A stretch of DNA of 63,588 nt, filler included, from Octopus bimaculoides (taxonomy: Eukaryota): assembly GCF_001194135.2 (NCBI RefSeq). It is 7 parts of 7 records of this genome, joined end to end, with 100 filler letters (N's around TTAATTAATTAA, not from the genome) between each part and the next. Parts side by side here need not be neighbours in the genome. Positions count along the whole stretch, not along the records: positions 1 to 29,643 come from NC_068982.1; 6 more parts are not named here. One strand, 5' to 3'. The notes under the pieces were generated by a model. That model had not been told where the DNA came from and searched no databases. It worked only from the letters and a program-made list of their open reading frames with translations. Made by a program: the position numbers and the translations under genes. Shown in pieces: positions 13,567 through 26,764 of the stretch. The first letter of the stretch is position 1. Each line of letters starts with the position of its first letter.

Positions 13567-16133
13567 NNNNNNNNNNNNNNNNNNNNNNNNNNNNNNNNNN
13601 NNNNNNNNNNNNNNNNNNNNNNNNNNNNNNNNNNNNNNNNNNNNNNNNNNNNNNNNNNNNNNNNNNNNNNNNNNNNNNNNNNNNNNNNNNNNNNNNNNNN
13701 NNNNNNNNNNNNNNNNNNNNNNNNNNNNNNNNNNNNNNNNNNNNNNNNNNNNNNNNNNNNNNNNNNNNNNNNNNNNNNNNNNNNNNNNNNNNNNNNNNNN
13801 NNNNNNNNNNNNNNNNNNNNNNNNNNNNNNNNNNNNNNNNNNNNNNNNNNNNNNNNNNNNNNNNNNNNNNNNNNNNNNNNNNNNNNNNNNNNNNNNNNNN
13901 NNNNNNNNNNNNNNNNNNNNNNNNNNNNNNNNNNNNNNNNNNNNNNNNNNNNNNNNNNNNNNNNNNNNNNNNNNNNNNNNNNNNNNNNNNNNNNNNNNNN
14001 NNNNNNNNNNNNNNNNNNNNNNNNNNNNNNNNNNNNNNNNNNNNNNNNNNNNNNNNNNNNNNNNNNNNNNNNNNNNNNNNNNNNNNNNNNNNNNNNNNNN
14101 NNNNNNNNNNNNNNNNNNNNNNNNNNNNNNNNNNNNNNNNNNNNNNNNNNNNNNNNNNNNNNNNNNNNNNNNNNNNNNNNNNNNNNNNNNNNNNNNNNNN
14201 NNNNNNNNNNNNNNNNNNNNNNNNNNNAACTTTAGTATTTAATTCTTTGAAAATAGAGAGGATTTTTCGAAAACGTCAATTAATTGATCTAACTGTTGTT
14301 ATCTCTTTTGCTGTTGTTTTTCGAATTTAAAGACGCCAGAGGGAATTTTTATCTACTGACCGAAAAAATTATATCAACTAATCGAACTTGCTCTCAACAC
14401 ACACTATCATATGTTTAAAACTCACTTTATTTGGATTTAATAAGCAGAATCCTCTGAGATACTTTCCCTCTGTCATGTTACCGTATATGTGTACGTGTGT
14501 TTGTGTGTCTGTGTGTGCGTGTGTGTGTATGTGTGTGTATGCTAACGTACATAGAAAAAGGGAGATAAACAGATGGAGGGGTATTGATATAGACATATAT
14601 TGTACATACACACACACATGCACACAAACACACACGCACACATACATACATATATGTATACATATATCTGTATGTATGTATATCACACAACTGTTCCAGT
14701 CGAAGCCTACTGGTTATATAAATTCTCAACAGCCTGCCTAACACACAGACACACGCGCACTTCACATGCATGCGTACTTATTCACAGAAGATTATTGTTT
14801 TCGGGACATGTTATCAATTTCTTTTAATTATTACTTGGTTGATATATTTACTTATGCGTTAATTCGACATGGATTGTTTTTATTTTCATCCCGTAACACA
14901 CTGACTCACATTTACATAAAGTTTTTCTACCTGTCTTCTTATTTTGTACCAAGTCGTCTATACAATATTCATGTTGTCCATTTTAAATAGACATATTTTT
15001 CTGACAACGAACCAAATTATTTAATCTAAGCCTCTAGGTATTTCATAGAGCATATTCATTTAACTCCCCACCCAACCCCAACCCCATCTCTTTTCTAGTC
15101 CTACTGCCATTGCTACCGCAACAAGTTTCCTTACAGTTAACATCAGCTTCGTGATTTCTGTCATCAATAGTTCTCAATGATATGTTATTTCAAGTTTATT
15201 GCTTTGATAAATGGCATTTGTTTTTTTTTTTATTTTTCGTTTTTTTTTGTTTATTTTGTTTTTTTGCTAATGGAATAAATATCTATTTATGATTAAACGT
15301 TCGATTCTTCAATTCTTTGAGTACATTTCTGCACTGTCTGATATTCTAAGAACAAATTTCCTCTAGGAATATGCAAAGTTAAGTATAAGCATATTAATTA
15401 AGCATTAACATTTTATCACCTAACAATACAGCTGTAAATACTTCTAGGTGGTGTATATTTTCGGATATCGGGCATATAGTCAAACAGAAGGAACATTTGA
15501 ATGATAATGGTCTGAATATTTGATTTACTGTGGTCATACAGGAGCAGCATTTTCACTGTTGTACTCAAATCTGTAATTTTGCGGCCTAACTGTGTGTAGC
15601 GCAGTTGGTTACATGTGAACACTAGTTTTCTCATAACACAATAGTCAATATATATTTGATATTATTGAAACTGTCAATATTATGTTCGTCGAATATATCC
15701 TATAAGGTTACTGTCAGTGAAATAAATAACCCTAATTAAAATTAATCCTATTCACTGTCAATTAAAAAAAAAAAAGGTCTCAAAACTGAACACATTCTAC
15801 AGTAAACAGGCTTCTTGAAGTAGTGCAGTGTAAGGTTGAAAAGAGTACGGACATTACGTAAGTGATGAATTTTCCTGTTGCTAGCAGTATTATTTTCAAA
15901 TTCTCCTGCATTTTATCAAGTGAGAATATGAGTCATAATGAATCTAAATTATGTGATTATGCCCTAGCCTACCCTCCATCCTTTATATACTGCTACCACA
16001 ACAACAAGTGAAGCCATCTGTGGTTTTGTTCTTCTCACTGATATCATCAACATTATAATGATATTAATGTGAGCTCTCAGGGTTTTTAAAAATTAAAATG
16101 TAACTTTTTCGTAATCATGTTTATCTTCTTCAG

Positions 16134-16345
16134 ATCCATTTTTGTTGGTGATGGAATTTTGTGAAAACGGCACTCTGGTAAATTACCTACGAAACCATCG
16201 ACCTGATGGAGCTCAAATAGGGGACGATCCGAACAATACAGGTGACGAATCACCACCTGGATTAACCGTATCGATTACAATCAGAGATTTACTTTCTTTT
16301 TCGTGGCAAATAGCCAAGGGCATGGAATATCTAGACGATATGAAG
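16134..16345 (+). CDS. Exon of RET/FGFR-class receptor tyrosine (pseudo)kinase: hinge, kinase insert, alphaE (equivalent to RET exon 14)
   Basis: Acceptor ttatcttcttcag|AT, donor AAG|gtaagc, 212 nt, phase 1 to phase 0. Translates xPFLLVMEFCENGTLVNYLRNHRP...ITIRDLLSFSWQIAKGMEYLDDMK; compare RET [24 protein letters not shown]. Confidence 0.93.
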
Positions 16346-17120
16346 GTAAGCACTTTACTAAAAAACATTCTATCCAATATACTAAGGCTTCCCGTCTAAA
16401 GATAATTTTTATCACTTTTCTCTTCTTTATGCACAGTATTAAATGTTGCAAAGGAGGATGTATGTTCCACGAACATATTTGTGGTAAATAGCTTATTAAT
16501 TATGAGAGAGAAAGTAATAGTTGTCCCCGAACTTGATAGACTAATACACTAAGACAAATCTATTACTTTATCTACTATATTATTCTGTCTAGTTAACGAG
16601 ATCGACACAATTATCTATCATATGTCAAGGTTAAGTTTAAAATGTCATTTCATGTCTTTTTTTCCCTTTAAGTTGCAACAAGATGATAAAATGCAGAGTC
16701 TCAGTAAAACATTACACAGGACTTTATAAAGTAACTAAGAATCCTCACTGTCTTATTTATACGCATAAGTTATATTAAGGATAGATTAAAGAATATCAAT
16801 TTATTCTGATATGGTCGCAATAATAATCAACAACGTAAAGAAAAAGACTGAACAGTGTGACAAATACAATAAATCCGACTGTCATACTATCTGACATTTC
16901 ATTAACTACTACATATAGGAATTTTCAGTATGGACCTCTTCATGGCACGGACATGCTATATCTAAAAGAATGAATCTGTAGATCATGCGTAATCGTTATA
17001 TCATTTAGCTACATGTTACGTCTCGTTTAGACATGAATTGAAGTTAAATACTACCAGTACATCATCAAAAAGGGCATGAACTATCAAAACTTAAGCAAAT
17101 ATTTTCCAAAATTTGATAGA

Positions 17121-17275
17121 AGTAGCTGTGTGGTAAGTAGCTTGCTTAACAACCACATGGTTCTGGGTTCAGTCCCACTGCGTGGCACCTTGTGCAAGTG
17201 TCTTCTACTATAGCATCAGGCCGACCAAAGCCTTGTGAGTGGGTTTGGTAGAGGGAAACTGAAAGAAGCCCGTCG

Positions 17276-17347
<72 letters not shown>

Positions 17348-17550
17348 TGCGTCTGTGTTTGTCTCCCCACACCATCGCTTGACAACCGATGTTGGTGTGT
17401 TTACGTCCCCGTAACTTAGCGGTTCAGCAAAAGAGTCCGATAGAATAAGTACTAGGCTTACAAAAAATAAGGGGTCTATTTCTTCGACTAAAGGCGGTGC
17501 TCCAGCATGGCCGCAGCCAAGATGACTGAAACAAATAAAAAAATAAAAGA
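17121..17550 (+). mobile_element. Full-length tRNA-derived SINE (family B) with an internal (AT)n(GT)n microsatellite
   Basis: A-box-like tagctgtgtggtaag, B-box-like ggttcagtccc, then caccttgtgcaagt..., microsatellite 17276-17345, 3' part ...ggcggtgctccagcatggccgcag...gaaacaaataaaa. Other copies or halves: 29745-30015(+), 31400-31570(+), 55360-55580(-), 62240-62670(-), 63345-63530(-). Confidence 0.85.
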
Positions 17551-17699
17551 AAACCATTTCGTCAAGGATAATTCCTTGCATGGGTACAACCCATTGAATG
17601 AAACCAGTAAAGGCACCAGCTAAATGCATGAAGTGTTACACTGCATTGCTGAACTCATGTAATTAAACATCCCCTAATAGAGACAAGGAAACCTCTATT

Positions 17700-18010
17700 A
17701 TGTCCCTCATGTTGAATCTGATCGTCGGAGGCCATCTGTGACTGGTGAAATTGATGCTGTTAATGTTACGTTTAAACTGTTGCGATTCAACATTAGCAGG
17801 AAAGACAGGGACAACGAAGAGGTACGGGAAAATAGCTGATCTGGAGAGAAAGAACTGAGCATAGGGGTAGCATGGAGCCTGCGGGTGGATACAGGCAGGG
17901 TGACAAGAAATGGAGAAACGAGTGGATGGCATGTGCATAAATGGAAGAAGTACAAAACCAAGCAGCTCCGAGAAATAGAAGGCATTATAATAGGGGGTAG
18001 AAAACCAGCC
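17700..18010 (+). mobile_element. Highly decayed LINE (RTE-like) 3' fragment
   Basis: LRFNISRKDRDNEEVRE resembles the RTE C-terminal RILGISxxDRIxNEEIR; multiple stops. Confidence 0.4.
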
Positions 18011-18269
18011 AGTTTCGAAGTACCTGCTACATAAATTAGAGACAACTTTAAATAAAGTCTCTAATTTATTAATGTACACTAAGTTTGCAATTCGAATTCC
18101 TTTCCCTGTGTGCCTTTTCGATCACTGCTGATCGGTGCTAAGCAAAATCAAGACTAACAAGAACAACAACTAATGCTATCTTATTGAGGAATATGTACAT
18201 TCAATCAATCTGCATACCGATTCGGAAGTAAGTACATATTAAAATAATTAGGTCATTAAAATAATTGTG

Positions 18270-18587
18270 CAGCTCCCGGCGAACAGTTTTTGTGTAAACA
18301 GGGTTCTCGAGGTGGTCATTAAGCTCTGCAGTAATTTTGGGAGCTGTACTTTTGTGATCCTTTCTAACAATTCGTGTAAGAGTCTGATGGTCCCTATCCG
18401 TATGTTTTGGTTTTCTTCCGGAATTTTGTTCCGGCGAGGAGGGTTTTCCATCTTTCTCAAAGGCTGTCATTACTTTCGAGACAGTACTTCTTGATACACC
18501 AAACATTTCGGCTGTTTTCGTTACGCTAGCGCCTGCCATACGAGCACCAACAATTTGACCTCTTTGAAAGTCCGATAGATCTGTCAT
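18270..18587 (-). mobile_element. Tc1 transposase N-terminal (paired/HTH) fragment, truncated
   Basis: MTDLSDFQRGQIVGARMAGASVTKTAEMFGVSRSTVSKVM...SGRKPK...LTRIVRKDHKSTAPKITAELNDHLENPVYTKTVRRELH; no DDE domain follows. Confidence 0.9.
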
Positions 18588-19129
18588 TTTAATGAATTTT
18601 AATTACCTTTTTCTGATGATATCTGAAAAGAAACAGCAATTTTAGCAAAACATATTAAGCAACACTAATAATAAATTTTTAAAAATGTATACATACATAC
18701 ATACATACATAAATACACATACATACATACATGCATACATATATGCACATATACACATTCGCATCACAAAAGCATATAAATATAATAAATATATATATAT
18801 ATATCCCTTTGTTTGTGTACAGTATGTGTTGTCTTTGTCGTTGAGTTGTTATTATTAGTTACTTGCCCAATCTGACAGAGCTAGCCTATTATCATCAAAA
18901 GTGTTTCAGCTATGCCCATCCAATTTTATTTTATGACACATTGTATTTAGAACTACACCATTTAATTATGTCATGTCTAGTGTAAGATGGTCGTCTGTGA
19001 TTTTGTAGAGATTTGGCTATTATTTTTAGCAGTTACCTCATTAGGTTCATATACCTGTAGTTTCTAATAGTGGTCAATGCAGGCATGGTTCGAACATAAC
19101 AGTTGCTGCTTATCTACAATATTTTTAGG

Positions 19130-19360
19130 TGAGCTGGCAGAATCGTTAGCACGCCGAGCAAAATGCTTAGCGGTATTTCGTCTGCCGCTACGTTCTGAAC
19201 TCAAATTCCGCCGAGATCGACTTTGCCTTTCATCCTTTCGGAGTCGATTAAATAAGTACCAGTTACGCACTGGGATCGATGTAATCGACTTAATCCCTTT
19301 GTCTGTCCTTGTTTGTCCCCTCCATGTTTATCCCCCCTCCCGTGGGCAATAAAGAAATAA
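19130..19360 (+). mobile_element. tRNA-derived SINE (family A)
   Basis: ggtgagctggcagaatcgttagcacgcc...ttctgaactcaaattccgccgagatcgactttgcctttcatcctttcgg...aagtaccagt. The same family occurs at 21505-21700(+), 22560-22777(-), 23570-23700(-, old), 27165-27370(+), 29380-29540(-), 32888-33097(+), 41690-41850(-) and 44780-44950(-). Confidence 0.88.
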
Positions 19361-19514
19361 ATATTTGTTGATGATACGTGCCCCAATACAAGGTTGTCGA
19401 CTAATGAGTTCATTAACTAATACTTAATTGCTGTGTTAAGAAGTCTAGAATTTTCATTAGAAATATTTTTGTTGATTACATACTGTAAAAATTATTCATC
19501 CTATGTGGTTGTGT

Positions 19515-19560
<46 letters not shown>

Positions 19561-19613
19561 ACGCGCGTGCACGTGTGCGTGCGTGTGTATGTGTGTGTCT
19601 ATGTATGTGTATA

Positions 19614-19679
<66 letters not shown>

Positions 19680-21710
19680 CCATATGGAAGATATTAACAT
19701 GTTACATTATATATCTTAAAATATTTATAAGTACACATTTTCCCAATAAATGTGATTACATTCCTTTCCGTATATTTAATAACATCGGCTGTATTACACG
19801 ACATTTTAATCCATGAATCCCCGCCCAAGGTCCAATCAAATTATTTAGGCGTGTATGTGATTTTTTCTATATTCATCTGGATTAATGAGTTGTATAATTT
19901 TGTAAAGTCGGTGAAATAGTGATGTTTTGGCATTCATTTTAGATATAACTGTATATTTGAGAGCTATTGAGCATGTAGCATGAAAGATAGTCTTTGTGAG
20001 ATTGATAGTTTTTGTGAGAACGGATGATGGTCCTCAGATAAATAGATGATCTTGAATTTGTTTCGTTACGTACATGGTAAGCATGTATGATCTATACGTA
20101 GTTCGTGATGATGTAAAATGTTCGTTTTGTTTATAAATTTGTTGGATGGACAATAGTGAACCATGCAGGATTGTTATAATGTTTTTTGGGTATAATACAT
20201 CTTCACTAATGATGTTTCCTTGTGTAACCAAATGTTATGTATATGAATGTTTTTAATGTGTTTGTGCTTCGTTCCGCCTCTTTTTTTTTTAGTCAATGCA
20301 TAGTATGAATGTCGGAAAAGGGTTTGCATATAATTTCTTGTTTATTTGCTTGTTACATTTCATGATGAATGTTATGGCCGGTTATATCTGGTGTTTATTA
20401 GTGTTGCTAGCAAAAAGGAGCAACTGTGGAATCGAAATGTGCTTCCCCAAGCTGCCATTGAAGTTTTGTCTGGTTACTGTGATCTATTAATAGTCTTAGG
20501 GTCTACTAAACCAAATTTTCCTCTAACCACGCCTTAATGTGTTAAGAAGAAAAACTAAAACACAACGAATTATTTAATTCAGAACTTAAGCTAGCAGAAA
20601 GTTGGGACGTTCATGGCTAAAATGCCGATTTAACGATAAAATTTGACACAGAAGACAGCCAATTCGTTAGTATAATACAAAGCATAGTCGTGTGTTTGTG
20701 CGTTTGTGCGCGTGCATGTGCGTGTATGTGTGTATACATATATGTTTGTATGTATTTATAATGAACGTGAGCAATAGCTTTGTATACATAGTGTGTAAAT
20801 TACCTGAATATAAAAGTTAATTTGCAACAATTTATATTCTAAGCGGTTGAATTTCATACTATGTCAGTATTAAAAGAAACGATATAAGAAACCATGTATC
20901 ATCTTCACATTTTATGATCGATATTTATTTGACGGAGACTGATATTCCTGTAATCTAATTTCCTCATAGTAAAATCAGGTAAGTTAACAGACACTTTGTT
21001 TACAGGTCAGATACTGCACCACACAATTTTAACATGTGACCTCTGTAAAAGTACTTATCTCGTTGTTTTGTAGTTCTCTCTTATATTACGGTATTTAATG
21101 GAGCATAACAAAATTCTCTTCTTGCCACGTAGGACTTCCTAGCAAAACTTTTTCACTCTTATGTATTATGGACATCAATCACCATTTAAATAACTTTGTA
21201 ACCTATTCGTTTTTATGGTTGAAAAACGTTACTGCTAGACGTTACTTTTGCCATCAACTAAATGTATAAAATACTGGAAAACTGGAAAAAATACATAATG
21301 CTTTGGAAAAAACACGCAATAACCATATTTCTAGTGATAAAATCAGCCATTTTTATACATTCTTGTCTTGTTTACATCATAACATACAAACGTTTCAACC
21401 GAAACAGAAGTGCTGGTACACCATTCATATCTTTTTTGGTCTGGTAATGAATGTGCAACACAAACAACTATGTTCCAGATTTTGTAATATATATTGTACG
21501 GAGGGTTGGCAGCTACCAAAATCGTTAGTACGCCAGGTAAAATCCACAGCGGCATTTCATCCGTCTTTACGTTCTGATTTCAAATCCCGGCGAGATCGAC
21601 TTTGCCTTTCATCCATTCAGGGTCGATAAAATAAGCACCAGTCGAGCACCGGGGTCGATATAATCGACTTACCCTCACATCCGAGATTGCTGGCCGTGCA
21701 AAAAGATTTG

Positions 21711-21741
<31 letters not shown>

Positions 21742-21835
21742 NNNNNNNNNNNNNNNNNNNNNNNNNNNNNNNNNNNNNNNNNNNNNNNNNNNNNNNNNNN
21801 NNNNNNNNNNNNNNNNNNNNNNNNNNNNNNNNNNN

Positions 21836-21892
<57 letters not shown>

Positions 21893-22559
21893 AAATAATT
21901 GAGATTCAGATCAATTAGGTACTTGAGGCATCAAAAATTAGTGCGGAATTATCCGTACAGTTTCAAAATAAGGTGAATAAATCAAAATAAACAACAGAAC
22001 ATCCTGAGGTGAAGCAGTACAATCGTTTCAAGCGACACCATTTAATTGAACAATGCAATCATTACATCAATTTAAATGCAGAGCTAACCTCAGCTGCATA
22101 AATAAATAAATAAATAAATAGAATTAATTTAATCAGTCGGACACGTTTGTATAATTTTACCTAAATCCACTAACAGGGTAAGAAGACAAAGTCCATGCTG
22201 TATTCACTTCAGCTTAGAAGCTACTAAGACATCAGGAAAAAACTTGTTAGAGATCTAGCTTGTCACTGATTTTTGGGTCGGTTTTAATTTATAGTCTTGT
22301 TTATCAAATCTTTGTATATCAAAAACTAAGACCAAAGAGCATTGTCTGTTAGGAAAAAGCCTGAGGGAGTTGACAGAATCATAGTGGGTATAGTCATAAA
22401 ACTTATCAAGATTAATTTGAAGTAGTATAAAGAAACTGTCTATAATGAGGTTTGGTAAAGGAAGCTCTTAAATCGAGATGTTAGTTACCAGTTAAAGGGG
22501 CAAGATTCTATGCGCGAAAATGTTTTAGTTGAATAAAAGCTAATACTTTGACTTAAAAA

Positions 22560-22777
22560 TATCCTTTTCTACTCTAGGCACAAGGCCTGAAATTTTGTAG
22601 GGAGGGGCCAGTCGATTAGATCTACCTCAGTACGCAACTGGTACTTAATTTTTCGACCCCGAAAGGATGAAAGGCAAAGTCGACCTCGGTGGAATTTGAA
22701 CTCAGAGCGTTAAGACAGACGAAATACCGCTAAGCATTTCACCCGGCGTGCTAACGTGTCTGCCAGCTCGCCGCCTT
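22560..22777 (-). mobile_element. Family A SINE with a 13-bp target-site duplication
   Basis: tttgacttaaaaa at 22547-22559 and 22778-22790; ~100 nt upstream of the RTK catalytic exon. Confidence 0.88.
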
Positions 22778-22880
22778 TTTGACTTAAAAAATTTCGCTGT
22801 ATAGAAATTTTTTGCAAAAAACTGTTATATGTATATTGTTTTTATTATGTAAAAGAATTAGATTTAATTTCCTTTTTCAG

Positions 22881-23009
22881 CTGGTACATGGCGACCTGTC
22901 AGCCCGTAATATTTTGGTCAGTAGTGGAGGAGTTATTAAAATATTTAATCTCAGACCTCCAGACGTTCTTGCTGCCCAACTTGCAACTATCACTGGGAAA
23001 ACATACAAG
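22881..23009 (+). CDS. RTK exon with catalytic loop and activation segment (equivalent to RET exon 15), degenerate motifs
   Basis: cctttttcag|CTG ... AAG|gtaagg, 129 nt, phase 0/0. LVHGDLSARNILVSSGGVIKIFNLRPPDVLAAQLATITGKTYK; joins the previous exon as MK|LVH, as in RET. Confidence 0.92.
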
Positions 23010-25376
23010 GTAAGGAAGTATCATTCACAAATCACCAAATGTTAATATTATGGTAGTTATTGACACGGATACGAATGATGAAAATATAGATGTTAGTTTA
23101 CTAAATTTTATTAATGTTTTTATCAAAGATGCACAAATATATATGGTACTAACATTATTAATACATAGTTAAAAATTCTGTTATTTTTCATTGAAATGCA
23201 TTTTTAAAATGTAAAACATTCACATGTAAGTAGAAATTATAACAATTATAACATAGGGCTGACTCACAACTGTGTTGCCATTAATAAACACATATGAATT
23301 CAAACAATGAACTGCATATTATCACTAACTAATGAGTTCTAACTGTAAATTGCTTTAACATTGATTTACAAATACTATCAATTACAATGTTCATTTTAGA
23401 TTTTATTATTTCTTTGTTGGTTTCAGTCAATAGATTGTGGCCTTTAAGAATTGTTGTCGCGTATAACTGCTCAATCCTAAATCTAATGCTTATTTACGTT
23501 TTTTTTTTTTTATATGAAGTTGTATATAATGTTATTGTTCCAAGAACATAACACTTGTATCACATTTAAATGGACTGATACTTGATTTATCGATCACAAA
23601 ATGATGAAACGCAAAATTGATCTCGGTGCTATTTAAAAATCAGAGCATAGAGCACCAGAGCAAATACTGCACGAGATTTTTCTCGGTGCCTCAAGACTCT
23701 ACTGGTCTACATGTAGCCTGTTTGCTAGATTCACATTAACTAACACAAACCAAATATATTTTTGGTAGCAGCAAGACGAATGACGTTATTTCACCAGGTT
23801 CAATTCTTGAACTATGATTCATTGAATTAGATAGAGTAAAGTAATTGGCAGAAGCGATAGTGAGGCGTATGTGTCGCAATCATATTTACTTTATAACCCT
23901 TAGGCTTTGCGCCTCTTTAAGTAATCAATACTTTTGATTTGGCCGAATTTTTACACGCATTCATTCATATACATGAAAACATACACAAGAGTGTATGCGC
24001 GCGTGTGTGTGTGTGTGTGTGTGTGCGTACGTATAATATTCATATAAAGATATGCAAATGTTTTTTAAAAAATACGAAGAATAAATAATAATTGAATACA
24101 AATACGTAGTTTAACATTTTAATCCTCTACGGAACCTGTCGATTGACAGACACTCTGAAGTTCTGTAACATTATCTTGGTTGATTGCCAGATAAGCTGTC
24201 AGTTCAGTTGAAAGTTTAAGAAAGGAAATTAACCAAAAGCATTTAGAGAGAAAATAGAAAGCGAAAAAGAAGAGAAGAAAAACATTTTTTCGTTTAATTT
24301 TTATGTAAAACTAATTTTAAATTAGTTATTTATAATATGAAATAGTTTATACAAAGATCAGTGTATGAGAGTTCCGGCAACAAAGGCATCAGGAAACTTT
24401 ATGTCTATTTTTAAGACAGCTGGTTGAATGGTAACATCTTCAACCATATTTTCTTCGTCTATACAAAATAATTGTTGTTTTTGTTAAGTTAGTTGAATGA
24501 ATGAGACCATTACCCATAATTTTTGGAAGATTCTGATAGACTTGTAAGATTGTTGCAGTTGATAGCTTAAACGTTGATACGTCAGTATTTGCAAGAATCC
24601 AAGAAGTCTGCAGTGTTGAGAAAAAAGGTTTGGGTGAATATTTTACTACAGGATTAAAGGATAAAACAAGCAAGGATGACATGGGAAAGAGGAGCGATGA
24701 ATGTGCAGAAATAGAATGAGGGGGAAAGGCTATTGTATTAGCGACAAAAGTGGCCAAAATAGTTGAAGAGTGTTGGTGATCGAATCGGTCAAGAAGTCGA
24801 ACGGCCTGCTTTGGACGTTGTTTATGATATTAGTATGAGCACTACACTGATATAGATCCAGCTTGGGCTTAGTGGAAAGTCTACAACTGTTCATAAGGGA
24901 AGTTTTTCATGGTTCACACACACACACACACACACAGCGTGTGTATAAATTATTAGCGACGGACGGAATAGCATTACCAAAAGGTATTCTTTGTATCCGA
25001 TTTAATATGAATCAGAACACCGAATATTGCGTTATCAGCCTTAAGAGATCCTCTCATAAAAACGTTTGGTGCATAAAATCACACACATAAATTGTAGCAA
25101 ACGAGAATCGCTTATCGTGGATGCTGGAATTCCCATGTCACGTGAGTTCATTCTGCAGAAAATCATCGGGGGGAAGCGTCCGGTCGCCGCATGTCAGTCA
25201 AATCTCGCTGCAAATAACACAGTATTTGTCGTTCTAAGAAACGTCCATGTTAAGTTGGATATAAAGATTACCTTTTAGTATTAGTACTGCCTTCGTCGTT
25301 AACAATTATTGATAAGCCTGCTGATTATTCGCAACATCAGTGACTGAAAAGATGTTGATATTCTGTATAGGTATTA

Positions 25377-25429
<53 letters not shown>

Positions 25430-25934
25430 AAGTATGTATGTCGTTGTTTTGATGTAAGTTATTTCTTACATTTTTTTTACTTTTTCATGATGTAGGGGTT
25501 AATGGCACCTTAAAAGAGATCGTTGTATACTCTCTCTTTCTGACTCTCTCTCCCTACCACCGCTGTCTATTTCTTCTTTAAGTATTGTAGCTTGCCTTCC
25601 TCTTTATGGGAGATATTTCGGTAGAAATTTTGTTTTTCACTATATTTATAGATGATTCTAGTATTTTCATCTGTAATTTCTTGTATACTTACTTACGCTT
25701 TAGATTTATCGATTGCGAATATACACAAGTTTGCTACCATGAAACATCTTTTTATGACATTAAAGACAGAATTATTCAAGACTCTTCGCAAATGCTTTTT
25801 TTCCTTCTGCCTGGATTATAATATCCCAACCCTTTATACAAAAATACATACATACATACTTATGTACATAAATACATGTATGTATATATATGTATATTTA
25901 TATTATGTGTGTGTGTATGGATGGATGGATGAAT

Positions 25935-26002
<68 letters not shown>

Positions 26003-26764
26003 CTACCCTTGGCAAACAGGACACAGTCGTGTGTCGATAAGCCAGCTGGAGGAGATGTCCTCCTGGGGCTAAAAGCAACAGTAACATCCACCCCTAGGGG
26101 TCAGCCACACTTAAGTGGCAATATACTACACTTTATCGTGCAGTTACTGTTAATACTTCATTTAGAGAATTAACATTGCTTGTTTTCACCTTTTCGATAT
26201 CAGTGAAGAATTTCACTTGAAAAGAAGATATATATATATATATATACATATATATATGTATAATATATATGTATGTCAGACATTATTCAGTCTTATTTCA
26301 AGATTTTTTGCCAATAGAGAAAGAGCCAGTTTCTAACCTAGATCCAAGGCTCCTTCATTGGAATTTCCACATCAACAAAACGGTATTTTTGTTTGTATGT
26401 ATGTACAAGTGCAAATTTGTATGCTTTTTATGTATGTATTCTCATACATATAGTTGCATACCTAGACATGCTCATATATATTTAAATGATAAATTTCTGG
26501 AAAGATTTACAAATTTTTACAGTTCCAGTGATGGATTGGATCCGTAGTCTTCGAATTAGCTGGTTTTTAGAAGCCTAATTTCTCATGATTGCTATGTATG
26601 TATGTATGTATGTATGTATGTATGTATGTATGTATTCATTCTCCAGCCAACATTGAGTTTGATTTTAAATATTTTAACTTTGACTGCCATTCTGGTTATT
26701 AGAACTGTTCTTTTCCTGCAGTAAAGGAAACCATTTCAACTTAATTCGTGTTTTTTTTTTCTAG

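Noticed and set aside
8642-14242. Long X-filled ORFs
   Set aside because: They run through N gaps (also at 30763-31288, 36096-36917, 41074-41734, 51548-52815 and 58046-59394).
16346-16399. ORF extension VSTLLKNILSNILRLPV
   Set aside because: Intron read-through past the AAG|gtaagc donor.
24400-25300. GC-richer unique-looking segments with ORFs
   Set aside because: Many stops and no recognisable family; probably old TE debris (as for 5000-5520 and 20030-20540).
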